NCBI GenBank assembly: GCA_965140415.1 | Contig: OZ223209.1 | Location: 1,216,001-1,280,000 of the forward strand | Direction of reading: 5' to 3' | Length of the DNA: 64,000 nt | DNA from: Myxococcota bacterium | GTDB taxonomy: Bacteria > Myxococcota_A > SURF-8 | Shown: positions 28,462-38,719 of the stretch, one piece after another | How positions within the stretch are numbered: the first letter of the stretch is position 1 | Layout: the number at the start of each line of letters is the position of its first letter | The notes under the pieces: generated by a model | Database searches by the model: none | Seen by the model: the letters and a program-made list of their open reading frames with translations, nothing else | Told to the model about the DNA's origin: nothing | Translations under genes and position numbers: made by a program

Positions 28462-29745
28462 TCAGGGCAGTTTGCCGATTTTCAGATAGGCGTAGGCGGC
28501 GCGAAGCTGGTGATCGTCTTCCTCAATGGACTTGGGCGCGCGCACCGATTGCAGCAGTTTCAGTCCGGTTTCGTCGGTCAGATCGTCCATCGCGCCTTCC
28601 GGTAGTTTGTCCAGATCGCCCTCGGCCAGATGCAGCAGGGTTTCCGGTTGCATCACCGTGACATCCGGCGTGATGCCGTTGCCGTCGATGGCCAAGCGAT
28701 GCGGCGTGAAATAGCGCGCCACGGTGATCTTCAAGCCGCTGCCGTCGTCCAGATCGATGATGTTCTGCACGCTGCCCTTGCCGAAGCTGCGATTCCCAAA
28801 AATCAAAGCCCGTTGGTGATCCTTCAGTGCGCCCGCCACAATCTCGGAGGCGCTGGCGCTGCCACCATTGATCAAAACCACCAAGCGTCCTTTCAAAAAG
28901 GAACCGGTCGGATGAGCGCGTTCCGTTTCGATGTGCTGGCGGTTGCGGCCTTCGGTGGTGACGATCAGACCTTTTGCGATGAACTCGTCCACAATGCGAA
29001 TCGACTCTTCCAGCAGCCCGCCGGGATTGTCGCGCATGTCCAATACCAGCCCGCGTAAATCGCTTTGCGATTCGATGCTCAGCTTCCGCATGGCCGAAAC
29101 CAGTTGCGTGCTGGTGTGATCCTGAAAGGACTTGATATGGATGTAGCCCAGACCCGGCTCCAGCAGGCGCGATTCGACGCTGGTTACGCGGATGTGCCCG
29201 CGCGTGAGCACGAAATTCATGGGTTTGGTTTGGCCGTTGCGAGAGATCGTAAGCGTGACATCCGTGCCGACCGGGCCGCGCATCAGATGTACGGCATCCT
29301 GTAGTGACAAATCGGTGGTGTCTTTGCCGTCGATTGCAAGAATGATATCGTTCTTTTTCACACCGGCTTTGGAGGCCGGGGAATCTTCGATGGGATTGAT
29401 GACCGCCAGTCGCCGGTCGCGAACTTCAACAACCAGACCCAATCCCTGAAATTCGCCGGTGGTGTCGATCTTCATTTCCTTGTAAATTTCCGGCGGCATG
29501 AAAATCGTGTGCGGGTCCAAGGTGTCCAACATGCCTTTGATCGCGCCGTAAACCAGGTCTTTCTGCTCTACCTGATCTACGTAATTGGTTTCCACGTAGT
29601 GCAGTACCTTGGCGAAAATATCCAGCTTTTCGTAGATATCGCTTTTCGCTTTGGCGGCGACGCTGCTGCCCGCACCGGACAGATACCCGGCAAAGAAAAC
29701 CGCTACCAATAGCAGCACCAGGTTTCGGCGTGTTTTATCGAACAT
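28462..29745 (-). CDS. ctpA: Carboxyl-terminal processing protease (S41A, PDZ)
   Basis: LDPHT, PDZ GLGLVV, LDMRDNPGGLL, SASASEIVAGAL, SFGKGSVQ. Confidence 0.93.
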   Translation of the reverse strand: MFDKTRRNLVLLLVAVFFAGYLSGAGSSVAAKAKSDIYEKLDIFAKVLHYVETNYVDQVEQKDLVYGAIKGMLDTLDPHTIFMPPEIYKEMKIDTTGEFQGLGLVVEVRDRRLAVINPIEDSPASKAGVKKNDIILAIDGKDTTDLSLQDAVHLMRGPVGTDVTLTISRNGQTKPMNFVLTRGHIRVTSVESRLLEPGLGYIHIKSFQDHTSTQLVSAMRKLSIESQSDLRGLVLDMRDNPGGLLEESIRIVDEFIAKGLIVTTEGRNRQHIETERAHPTGSFLKGRLVVLINGGSASASEIVAGALKDHQRALIFGNRSFGKGSVQNIIDLDDGSGLKITVARYFTPHRLAIDGNGITPDVTVMQPETLLHLAEGDLDKLPEGAMDDLTDETGLKLLQSVRAPKSIEEDDHQLRAAYAYLKIGKLP

Positions 29746-29949
29746 CCAGTCACTCCTTTGCGCTCATCGCCCGCCCGCAGATGACTCTCGGGCGCAACGT
29801 GTCTCAATCCATCCATTCTACCATAAAGAACATCGCTTGGCTTGGATTATTCCGTTCGGCTCATTTCGGAATGTCGGAACATTCACCCTCCAACCCACGA
29901 TGATTTCGTCTGTCTTTTGGGAATTACGTAGGAATAACAGCCTGTTCCT

Positions 29950-30122
29950 CGTTGCCATCCCCGACGGAGCCGCCTCGCGTCATGAGGCGAAAGGACCGGG
30001 GCGGAAAAGGGAGGCAGTCAAGGCCGCAGCGAAGCGGAGTACAGTTCAGCCTTGACGGCTTCCCGCGCTCCGGTACAAGCCGAAAATGACGCGCGTGCGA
30101 GCGATGGAGGCGGATGGCAACG
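29950..30122. repeat. ~173-bp long imperfect palindrome
   Basis: Nested arms CGTTGCCATCC/GGATGGCAACG, CGCGTCAT/ATGACGCG, ACCGGGGCG/CGCTCCGGT, GTCAAGGC/GCCTTGAC. Confidence 0.8.
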
Positions 30123-30223
30123 GGCCATCCTCGATGGTGGGCCTTGGCCTGTCTTTTTGAAATGCCTTCATTTTCAACGTGTTGACTTTTGACCTTTACT
30201 TCGGCTTGTGATACGCCAATGCC

Positions 30224-32392
30224 ATGAGTTGGACGAAATGGATGAACTTCTATTCCGCGGGGGAGCGGGCGGCTTTTAGCCGATTGAAATCGTGGTGGCG
30301 ATCTCGCTATGCCGACAGCGATTCGTTCGATTTGCTGGCTAATAGCGTAGCCGAGATGGTGGCCTTGCGTTTGTTGCAGCGTTGGCATGCGGCAGGCTGG
30401 CAGCGGGATTCAGCAGAGCGAATTCTTCGTGAACGCTATGGTTTCTCCTCACCGGTGTTGGAAACGATTCTGCATCGAATCGAAAGCCACCTGCAACAAG
30501 CAGATTCACAAGACGTACAAAGTGTGCCGCGATTTCCTGATCTCCCCGATATAGCCGCGCCGTTTCTGGACGTCTTCGCTCCCAAAGCACCACGGCGCAG
30601 CATGGGGTTTTATCTCACGCCATTGCCGGTGATCCGGCAACTGCTGGAGCAACTGCACTTAAATAAAGCGGAATCCATTCCATCCCTTGCCGATGATGGT
30701 GCGGGTTGCGGTTCGTTAGCATTGCTGGCCTTGCAGACTGTGATGAAAGGCTGGTCGCATGAACGTAACGAACGGGCGCAGCGCTTGGAAACGCTGTTAC
30801 AAAGCTGGCGCATCTGCGAATTGCATCCCGTGCTGGCTGGCATTATCGACTTGCAATTGTTGTGGTTATTGCATGACGAGTTGCGGAATTCGGATAGGGA
30901 GCATTGTCATTGGCCGGTGCTTTGCGGCGATGCATTGCAGGAATTTCCGCAACGACAATTTTCACACCTGATCGGAAATCCGCCGTATATCGGGGAAAAG
31001 CAGGCGCGAGAACGGATAGCCAACGCATTATCGAACGCGCCGGAACTGGCTCAGGCCTATACGGGCAAAGCGGATTATCTCTTTCTGTTTTTATTCCGAG
31101 CAGTCCAACGCCTGCAACCAGGTGGACGTCTTGCCTTTCTGACCCCGGCGTATTGGCCGGGCGCAGATGGCGCAGCTAGTCTGCGGCGCGCCTTGATCGG
31201 TCTGGCGGATCTGCAAGCGTTATTGCAGCCGGTGGTTCCGGTGCCCAGCGCGGCGGGTGTCGATACCTGCGTGGTAGTTTTTCAAAAGCCAAGTGATGAT
31301 GAAAATGCAATTGCCGGAAACACAAACACGTCCGTAACGATCAGTCGGGCCAATGAGCAGTTCAGCGTTTCCGTAAGTCGCAAGAGATTGCAGGACGCTC
31401 CATGGCGCTTCATCGAACGTCCGCACGAACAACGCTGGCTGGACGAAATGGAGCGTAGCGGCAAGAAACTGGGTGGGGTAACAGGAGCATTTGATATTTT
31501 TACGGGGGTGCAGAGCGGACTGGATAAAATCACCCGAGCGCATCTTCAAAAAGGATCTGGCTTGAAAGAAGGGCAGGGGGTGTTCGTTTTATCCAATGAG
31601 GAAGCGGACGCGCTATTGCAGCGGGCCAGTGAATTGGAACGGGCGCTGGTGTTTCCGCTCTTCAAATCTCCGGCGATCGGTCCTTTTCTGATGGATCGGC
31701 ACCACTCCGGTTTTCTGATTTATCTGGATGGCTCCCAGCCAATCGAAGAGCTTGCAACGCTGCATCAACACTTGCTGCCTTTTAAAAGCTTACTGGAGCA
31801 GCGGCGGGAAAGCAGAAACGGGCGCATGCCCTGGTGGCGGCTGCACTGGCCGCGCAAGATAGAAAACCTTCTCGCGCCGAGTCTGCTGGTTCCCCAGCGC
31901 GCCGCATGGCCGCGCTTTGCGCTTGCGCCCGAAGGTGCGATGAGCAGCGTGGATGTCTATCACCTGCTACCCAACGAATCGGAACGGGAGCGTCTGTCGG
32001 CCTGGTTGACGATTCTTCACAGCAGCCCGGTGCATTTGTGGCTGCGGCGACGCGGCAAGCGCAAGGGCGACTTGTTGGAGTTGTATCATACGCCGCTTTC
32101 AAATTTACCCATACCCACTCTAGCCGAGCAGGATTGGCAGCACCTGAATGATTTCGGTCGGCGCAGCTTGCAATTCTGCAAGGATTTGCAGGCAAAAACG
32201 ACGCTTACTGTTCCCTGGTATCGAATCTGGCAGCAAGAGCGGCTTACATTTGCAGGTATGTCCACCTGGATGCAAGAGTGGCAGCAGGTGGAAATTGTGA
32301 TCGCCAGCGGTTACGGTTTGACTCCGAGTGAGCTTGCCGCCATCCGCAAGGCGCTTCCGCAGTTGCCGGATGTAGTGGGTGAAGGAAATTAG
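30224..32392 (+). CDS. N6-adenine DNA methyltransferase (Eco57I/TaqI-like with C-terminal TRD), no adjacent REase
   Basis: GFYLTP, DDGAGCG (motif I-like), IGNPPYIG, ADYLFLF; TaqI_C-like WWRLHWPR. Confidence 0.82.
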   Translation: MSWTKWMNFYSAGERAAFSRLKSWWRSRYADSDSFDLLANSVAEMVALRLLQRWHAAGWQRDSAERILRERYGFSSPVLETILHRIESHLQQADSQDVQSVPRFPDLPDIAAPFLDVFAPKAPRRSMGFYLTPLPVIRQLLEQLHLNKAESIPSLADDGAGCGSLALLALQTVMKGWSHERNERAQRLETLLQSWRICELHPVLAGIIDLQLLWLLHDELRNSDREHCHWPVLCGDALQEFPQRQFSHLIGNPPYIGEKQARERIANALSNAPELAQAYTGKADYLFLFLFRAVQRLQPGGRLAFLTPAYWPGADGAASLRRALIGLADLQALLQPVVPVPSAAGVDTCVVVFQKPSDDENAIAGNTNTSVTISRANEQFSVSVSRKRLQDAPWRFIERPHEQRWLDEMERSGKKLGGVTGAFDIFTGVQSGLDKITRAHLQKGSGLKEGQGVFVLSNEEADALLQRASELERALVFPLFKSPAIGPFLMDRHHSGFLIYLDGSQPIEELATLHQHLLPFKSLLEQRRESRNGRMPWWRLHWPRKIENLLAPSLLVPQRAAWPRFALAPEGAMSSVDVYHLLPNESERERLSAWLTILHSSPVHLWLRRRGKRKGDLLELYHTPLSNLPIPTLAEQDWQHLNDFGRRSLQFCKDLQAKTTLTVPWYRIWQQERLTFAGMSTWMQEWQQVEIVIASGYGLTPSELAAIRKALPQLPDVVGEGN

Positions 32393-32435
32393 GTCGGCTA
32401 GTCGGGCGAGATATTTTACTACGCTATGTGGCTAG

Positions 32436-34283
32436 TCATCCCTTTTTCTTCAGATAAAGTTGCCACTGGTTCGCCCCCTCTACATGCACCGGGTGATGTT
32501 CCAATAGCTCCATATCCGCCAGACTAGAGATGATCTGTAACGCCTGTTTGGAATGATGATTGCTGAAGTGTTCGTAATTGGGTTGCCCGCCCTGGCTGCG
32601 AAGGCGTTGCATGACTTCCTGCGAGCGCACGACGCCAAACGCGATGTTATCCACCACCATCAGGCTGCCGCCCGGCTTCAACCAACGCAGCATGTTTCGA
32701 TAAGCGCGGGATTTGTCGTAGAAATGATTGTGGCTGCGCATCACCAGAATCATGTCGAAGCGCTCCGCTTCAAAGTCGATATCCTCCACGTAACCGCGCC
32801 TCAGGTGATCTTCGATGTCATGCTCTTTCAGAAATTCGAGCAGCACCTGTGGTGGATTCGGCTCCAACACGAAGTAGTTCATGCCGTGTTTGGTGATGCA
32901 GTCGCTGAATTCCTTTGTGTAGCGGCTGGGACCGCCGCCCACATCGAGCAACTCGCCTTTTAAATGCCGGAAGAAGGTCGCCAGTTTCTGCTCGCTTAGC
33001 GCGAAATGCTCCTTGGGGTCGAATTCGTACAGCGCCGGGCACCAGGAAAAATCCGGGCAGGCGGTACAGACCGGATGCGGTGAAAGCTTGACCAGATCGT
33101 GCAGGAAATCTTCGTGGTAAAGGTTGCCGCTGCGGTCGAAGTAAAGCTGGCCGAAGTCCTGCTTGATCTGTCGAATCTGTTCGATGCTGAAGTCGGAACT
33201 GTCGGTGCGACACAGGCGCACCCGGCTTTTATCGCTTAGCAGCAGCAGGCGTTCGGGATCTTCCGGCTTCCATTGTCCGGAACGGATAGAGCATGTGTGA
33301 ATATCGAAATCCGGCAGTTCGCGCAACGGCTCGTAAACAAAGGAGTTACTGATCGGCCCCAGAAACGGCGTGAGCTCCTGCTCTCCGCGCGATTGCAGGT
33401 AACTTTCGTACACCCCAGGGCAGACTTGCTTCAAGCGGCACTCCGTACAAGCCGCGACGTGGCGCCGCCCCAGAAATTCCGCCGGCTGAAAGCCCTCGCC
33501 AAGCAGTTCGGAGACATCGGAAAGATTCTCTTCGCGCAGTTCATCCATGCGGTCAGCGTAATTGGGCAAGGCGCACAACGGCAGGCCACTGTTTGTAATC
33601 GTCAATCGGGCTTGTGTTTTCGGTTGATTGTCACCGAAGACATACAGTGCTGCCAGCGCATCCGCCGCCTCTGAAATCGTCGGCAGCAGTTCATCGAAAC
33701 GCGCGGGATCGATACCCGAGGGATTGGGAAAGACTGCCTCCAGAGTCAGCGGCGCAAAGGCGCGCAAACGCTCGGCCAGCGGCAACAAGTCGTTCAGGTT
33801 GGGCCGCGTCAATACGTACACGACCTTTAGTTCCAACCCGAGCTCGTGCAGCAGCTGCAATCCCGCCCAGCTTTCATCGAAGCTTTTTGACGCGGTAAGT
33901 TGGTTGTGCAGCGCTGCCTTGTTGGCATGTATGGAGAGCGTAACCTGTCGCAGGCCGTGTCGCTGCAATAATTCAACGTAGGTCCGATCCGACAAACGCC
34001 GCCCGTTGCTGATCAGACCCGAAGACATGTGCAGCTTTTCGGCCAAAGCCATCAGTTTGGGCAGGTCAGGGCGCAGGGTGGCTTCGCCGCCGGTAAATAC
34101 CACCTGGCGATAGCCCAGTTGGGAGGCCAGTAAGATCTTTTTAGCCAGCGCTTTGGTGTCCGGTTCCGCCAGGCCGCGATAGGCGGCGCAGTCGCAGAAG
34201 ACGCAGTCATTCTCGCAGCGCGCCGTTACCTGCAACTTGGCGCGAGGTCGCTGGATGCGCGCTCCCTTGGTGGCGGCGCTCAT
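32436..34283 (-). CDS. Radical SAM protein fused to a class I SAM-dependent methyltransferase
   Basis: CENDCVFC, FTGGEAT; auxiliary CTECRLKQVC and CTACPDFSWC; LLDVGGG...LKPGGSL. Confidence 0.85.
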   Translation of the reverse strand: MSAATKGARIQRPRAKLQVTARCENDCVFCDCAAYRGLAEPDTKALAKKILLASQLGYRQVVFTGGEATLRPDLPKLMALAEKLHMSSGLISNGRRLSDRTYVELLQRHGLRQVTLSIHANKAALHNQLTASKSFDESWAGLQLLHELGLELKVVYVLTRPNLNDLLPLAERLRAFAPLTLEAVFPNPSGIDPARFDELLPTISEAADALAALYVFGDNQPKTQARLTITNSGLPLCALPNYADRMDELREENLSDVSELLGEGFQPAEFLGRRHVAACTECRLKQVCPGVYESYLQSRGEQELTPFLGPISNSFVYEPLRELPDFDIHTCSIRSGQWKPEDPERLLLLSDKSRVRLCRTDSSDFSIEQIRQIKQDFGQLYFDRSGNLYHEDFLHDLVKLSPHPVCTACPDFSWCPALYEFDPKEHFALSEQKLATFFRHLKGELLDVGGGPSRYTKEFSDCITKHGMNYFVLEPNPPQVLLEFLKEHDIEDHLRRGYVEDIDFEAERFDMILVMRSHNHFYDKSRAYRNMLRWLKPGGSLMVVDNIAFGVVRSQEVMQRLRSQGGQPNYEHFSNHHSKQALQIISSLADMELLEHHPVHVEGANQWQLYLKKKG

Positions 34284-34347
34284 AACAAGCACTCCCTACA
34301 AAGAGGACGCCTCACGCGCTTGCAAATGGAGAACGGGCAGTTCATTG

Positions 34348-36786
34348 CTAGTTATCGACGCCCCAGCTACCCGGCTCCGGTCCCATTTCGAAATGCAGGG
34401 TGCCGCCGGAGGCGATCATGTCGTGGGTGAACCAGGGACTTTCCAACTCTTCGCCGTTGAAGCTGACGCTTTGCACGTAGATGTTCTCCAGCGAGGCATC
34501 CGGTGCTTCGATTTTCAACACGCCGCCCGGCAGATTGATTTCGGCCTGCGGGAAGAAGGGACTGCCCACGATGTACAGGTCGCTGCCCGGCATCGGGAAA
34601 AAGCCCAGCGCGGAAAAGACGTACCAGGCCGACAAGGTGCCGCAGTCGTCGTTTCCGGGCACACCATCTACGCCGTCTCCGTACAGATGTTCCGCGATCC
34701 AGTGCACCCATTTCTGGGTCAGATCTGCGCGACCCACCCTGGCGAACAGGTAGGCGGCGTGAATGTCCGGCTCGTTGCCGTGCCAGTAATAGGTTGGTGG
34801 CAGCAGGCTGTTCAAGGTATAGCCATCTTCCAGTTCCTGCTGGCGTTCTTCGCGTTCGATGGCCGCCTTTTCGAAGAAGGTATTCAATTCCTGCGCCATC
34901 GTCTCATTGGAGCCGAAGAGTTCCGCCAGCCCTTCCGGGTCGTGCGGCGCCAGGAAACGATAATGCCAGGCATTGCCTTCCGTATACGCCTTGACCTTGC
35001 GGCCACCCGGCTCCACCTCCCGCTCGATTTCGAACTGCAAGGGATCGAAATCGTCCAGCCATGTACCGTCGGGGCGTTTGGCCCAAAAGAACTTGTAGTC
35101 GGAATGCCACAGGTTCTTGTAATTTTTCGAGCGCTGTAAGAAGATCTCGGCTTCGTCGGTCTTGCCCATGGCCGCCGCCATCTGGCTGATGGCATAATCG
35201 GCTACCGCGAATTCCTGGGTGCGCGCCACCGGACCGCCGGTATTGGTAGTGGCGTATCCAAGGTCGATGTAATTCTGGATGTCGCTGCGACCGGAATAGG
35301 GATGCTCCGGAGGAACGGGGGCGTTGGCGGTCAACAGCATGCCCTCGAAAGCCTTTTCCGCATCGAAATCGGTGATGCCCTTGACGTAGCTGTCCGCAAT
35401 CACGACATCCGCCGGGCTGCCGTTCATACAATTGGTGTAGCCTGCGCCCATCGGCCACTTGGGCAGGTAGCCGCCCTGCTCGTACATCGTGACCAGCGAC
35501 GTCAGCATGTCGCGCTGTCGCTCGGGTTTGAGCAGGGTCAACAGCGAATGCAGGGAACGGTAGGTGTCCCACATCGAAAAGTTCGTGTAATAGGTAAAGT
35601 CCTGTGCCTCGTGCACTTGCTTGTCGAAACCAATGTATTTACCGCTTTGATCGGTGAAGGTGTCCGGCATGTAAAAGGCATGGTACAAGGCAGTCGCCAT
35701 CATGGTGCGTTGCGAATCGGTGCCGCCGGTAAAGCTCACCACCGACAATTCCTGCTCCCAGGTATCTTCCAGCTCTTGCGCGGCGGTATCGAAATCCCAG
35801 TCCGGCATTTCAATATTCAAGTTGTTGCGCGCCTCTTCGATACTGACGTAGGAAATCGCCACCCGCGCCTCGACCGGTTCTCCGTCGGAAACGTCGAAAC
35901 CCAGATACGCGCCGATCGGCGTGCCGCTTACCTCGGTGGCGTCGGCAGTGACCGTCCAGTCTTTAAAGGTTCCGGTGGAGCTGAACGGACGATTGAACTG
36001 CATGACGTAGTACACCGACAGGCCGCCGTAACGCCCGGTAAAGCCGCCTTTGCCGGTCAGCCAGCCTTCGATGGTCTGTGTGGCGGAATCGATCGTGATA
36101 TCGCCTTCGGTCACTTCGGTGTCATCCACCGCGTGGTAGTGATCCAACAGCACGAAAACTTCTTTGGACTGCGCGCTTTGTGGGAAGGTATAGCGATGAT
36201 GCGCCGCTCGTGTGGTAGCGGTCAGTTCCACCCGGATGTCGGTGTCTTTCAATGTAACGGCGTAATAACCGGGTCGGGCTTCTTCCGTTTCCTTGTCGAA
36301 GAAGGACCAGTAGCCGTTGGGCTTGACGCTGTCATTGGTGATGGCGTTGGTGGTGGGCATCAGCATGACGTGCCCCAGATCCTGTGCGCCGACTCCGTAG
36401 AGGTGCGTGTGCGAAAAGCCGGTGATGATGTCATCGTCGGCATAGTAGCCGCTGCAATGGTAAAACGGCTCCGCGCCCAGTTCCTTGCGGGTGTCGGGGC
36501 TGGGATAGATCATGCCGAAAGGCGCAGTGGGGCCGGGTAAACCGCTGCCGACATTGAAGCCTGGACCGCCGGTGCCGATGAAGGGATCGACCCAGTCGAC
36601 CATGCGCAGGGGCGCGGCCTGTTCTCCCTCTTCTTCCGTGTCCGCCCATTCGCCATCGCCATCGACCTGATCGCCGTCAGTGGAGTCACCATCCACCGGG
36701 TCGTCACCGCCGTCGTCACAGGCGAACATCAAGAAGGGAATCATCAATAAAAGCAACATCCAAGACCATCGAATAGGTGCGAACAT
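34348..36786 (-). CDS. GH92 alpha-1,2-mannosidase-family lipoprotein
   Basis: WVDPFIGTGG, GFSHTH, SMWDTYR, YTEGNAW, HGNEPD, GNDDCGTLSAWYVF; lipobox MFAC followed by DGD linker. Confidence 0.92.
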   Translation of the reverse strand: MFAPIRWSWMLLLLMIPFLMFACDDGGDDPVDGDSTDGDQVDGDGEWADTEEEGEQAAPLRMVDWVDPFIGTGGPGFNVGSGLPGPTAPFGMIYPSPDTRKELGAEPFYHCSGYYADDDIITGFSHTHLYGVGAQDLGHVMLMPTTNAITNDSVKPNGYWSFFDKETEEARPGYYAVTLKDTDIRVELTATTRAAHHRYTFPQSAQSKEVFVLLDHYHAVDDTEVTEGDITIDSATQTIEGWLTGKGGFTGRYGGLSVYYVMQFNRPFSSTGTFKDWTVTADATEVSGTPIGAYLGFDVSDGEPVEARVAISYVSIEEARNNLNIEMPDWDFDTAAQELEDTWEQELSVVSFTGGTDSQRTMMATALYHAFYMPDTFTDQSGKYIGFDKQVHEAQDFTYYTNFSMWDTYRSLHSLLTLLKPERQRDMLTSLVTMYEQGGYLPKWPMGAGYTNCMNGSPADVVIADSYVKGITDFDAEKAFEGMLLTANAPVPPEHPYSGRSDIQNYIDLGYATTNTGGPVARTQEFAVADYAISQMAAAMGKTDEAEIFLQRSKNYKNLWHSDYKFFWAKRPDGTWLDDFDPLQFEIEREVEPGGRKVKAYTEGNAWHYRFLAPHDPEGLAELFGSNETMAQELNTFFEKAAIEREERQQELEDGYTLNSLLPPTYYWHGNEPDIHAAYLFARVGRADLTQKWVHWIAEHLYGDGVDGVPGNDDCGTLSAWYVFSALGFFPMPGSDLYIVGSPFFPQAEINLPGGVLKIEAPDASLENIYVQSVSFNGEELESPWFTHDMIASGGTLHFEMGPEPGSWGVDN

Positions 36787-36964
36787 GACTGATCCTTAGT
36801 AATGGTTACAAGACGCTCCCAGTGTACCGATTTTCACCGGAAAGTGAAGGGAGTTTCTTTGCTTTTGCCAGATTGCATATCCTCATCCGCTAGACTCTGT
36901 ACAAGCGGCGAGGCTTGTGATAGCGTTTGAGCGAGTTCGAAACAGACCACGACGAGGAGGAAGC

Positions 36965-38713
36965 ATGATCCGTATCGACCGTATCCTCATCGGCTTCTGC
37001 CTGATGGCCGTACTCGCCTGCGCTTATTCTCCTGCGATTCATGCACAACAGCAACCTGCGGCGCAATCCATCGAGTATGCCGCCTGCTGGTCAAACCCTG
37101 AGCTGGAATCCACCGGGGTCATAAATAGCGATTTGCTACTCTATGCGGCGATTCGCGACCTCGCACAAAGCGAGGGACCGCTTGAAAAAGCATTGATGGA
37201 AATTCAACGGGAGTTACTGCAACAAGGCCGGGACGCGCTGGTAAAACGCTTTAAAATCTGGAAGTTGGACGATGCCGAATTGCGCGCGGCGCTCACGGAA
37301 TTGATGCTGGAACTGGCTGTAATGACCCGAGCTTACGAGCCGCAACGGGAATTTCTGCTGAGCTTCGAGAAATCCGTTCAACTTCGTTTCACCAGCTTTA
37401 CTCGTGAACTGATGGCGGGTGAATGGCTGCCGCTGGTGCCTTTGCCACCATTGCAGCACATGCCCGATCCCGGCGCGATGGCGCAGTTGTATAGCCTGGC
37501 GCATCCGCTGAATATGGCCACGGAAAAGGGACGACTGATGGCGCTGCTTTGGCTGCACCTATTGCGTACCGAACCGGAATTGAAGCAGCTTTGGCAGCGT
37601 CGCCGGGCGCTTGTCGAGTTGGATGACCCTTCGGCCTTTCGCGACTGGAACCGGCTGGAAAATTCCCTGCACGGGCAACCGCTGGGCAGATACAGCGATC
37701 TTGCGAACCCGGAAGTCCGCCAGCGAATGTCGGCATATTGGAAACCGGAATCCACTGCCAGAGATCCCAATACGCCCACGGCGAGCATGGACCCCTTGTC
37801 GCTGCTGCCGCTGCACAATCATGCGCTGCACCGGGAATTGCTGATCCTGGTCGACTGGGGATTGCAGCCTTCGGGTGAATTACTGGCCGCCCTGGCAAGT
37901 AACGATGACACGCTGGATGGCGCAAACCGCTATCGCTTTCAGGCAGAACCGTTGCAGTTCGAGCAGGCGAGCGCCTCATTTGCCGCGTTACTGAAAAAAG
38001 CTCGCAAGCAGGGCGACTGGCTGGCATTGCTGGACAATCAGGACGAAAGCACTTCGATGGGTTTAGCTGCCAACACCGCGCTGGCATTGTGGACGCAGGC
38101 ACAAAACGTCCGCTTGGATGTTTCCAATATGGCAGATGTTTCTCTGCCGCCGTGGGTCGAAGTGAATGAGCCTCTTTACCGGAACGTGGCCGCACTGCTG
38201 CTTGCCAGAGCTTCGCGAAGCTTCGTGATGCAGCAGCAGGATAGGCGGCTTGTCGAAACGCTGAACGCGCGCGCCACCCAATGGGCGCAGTATTTTCAGG
38301 ATCTTGCCTTGCTGACAGCGGATGCGAGCGTGGCTGCTACGATCAACCTTGCGCCGCTTCCAGAAACATTGCGTTCACTTTCCGCTTTAAAAGAAGCGAT
38401 TGCAGCACCACCCTCCGGTCGTGCGGTGTTTTCCAGCACGCTGGCGCGTAAAGGCAGCGCTACGCTTTTCATGATCGGCGAGGCGCGCTGGAACTGTACT
38501 TCCGAAACCGCCATGCAGCTTGTTTCGCAAGACGGTGACGGTGACGGTGACGACGAGATAGAACAGGTGCGGCAGCAGATGCTGTCGTTGTCGGTTCCAA
38601 GGTTGAACTACTTACAAGAAGTGATGCCCTTGCAATCCGATCTGAGCCTGGGACAGCACCGGACTCATTCTAAAGAAACCACACCGAGCACGACGCCAAG
38701 CGCACAGGAGTAA
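36965..38713 (+). CDS. Secreted hypothetical protein, possibly a divergent DUF3160 member
   Basis: Signal peptide; INSDLLL, NTALALWTQ and PWVEVNEPLY segments recall DUF3160 motifs; family call tentative. Confidence 0.55.
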   Translation: MIRIDRILIGFCLMAVLACAYSPAIHAQQQPAAQSIEYAACWSNPELESTGVINSDLLLYAAIRDLAQSEGPLEKALMEIQRELLQQGRDALVKRFKIWKLDDAELRAALTELMLELAVMTRAYEPQREFLLSFEKSVQLRFTSFTRELMAGEWLPLVPLPPLQHMPDPGAMAQLYSLAHPLNMATEKGRLMALLWLHLLRTEPELKQLWQRRRALVELDDPSAFRDWNRLENSLHGQPLGRYSDLANPEVRQRMSAYWKPESTARDPNTPTASMDPLSLLPLHNHALHRELLILVDWGLQPSGELLAALASNDDTLDGANRYRFQAEPLQFEQASASFAALLKKARKQGDWLALLDNQDESTSMGLAANTALALWTQAQNVRLDVSNMADVSLPPWVEVNEPLYRNVAALLLARASRSFVMQQQDRRLVETLNARATQWAQYFQDLALLTADASVAATINLAPLPETLRSLSALKEAIAAPPSGRAVFSSTLARKGSATLFMIGEARWNCTSETAMQLVSQDGDGDGDDEIEQVRQQMLSLSVPRLNYLQEVMPLQSDLSLGQHRTHSKETTPSTTPSAQE

Positions 38714-38719
38714 GCCTAC

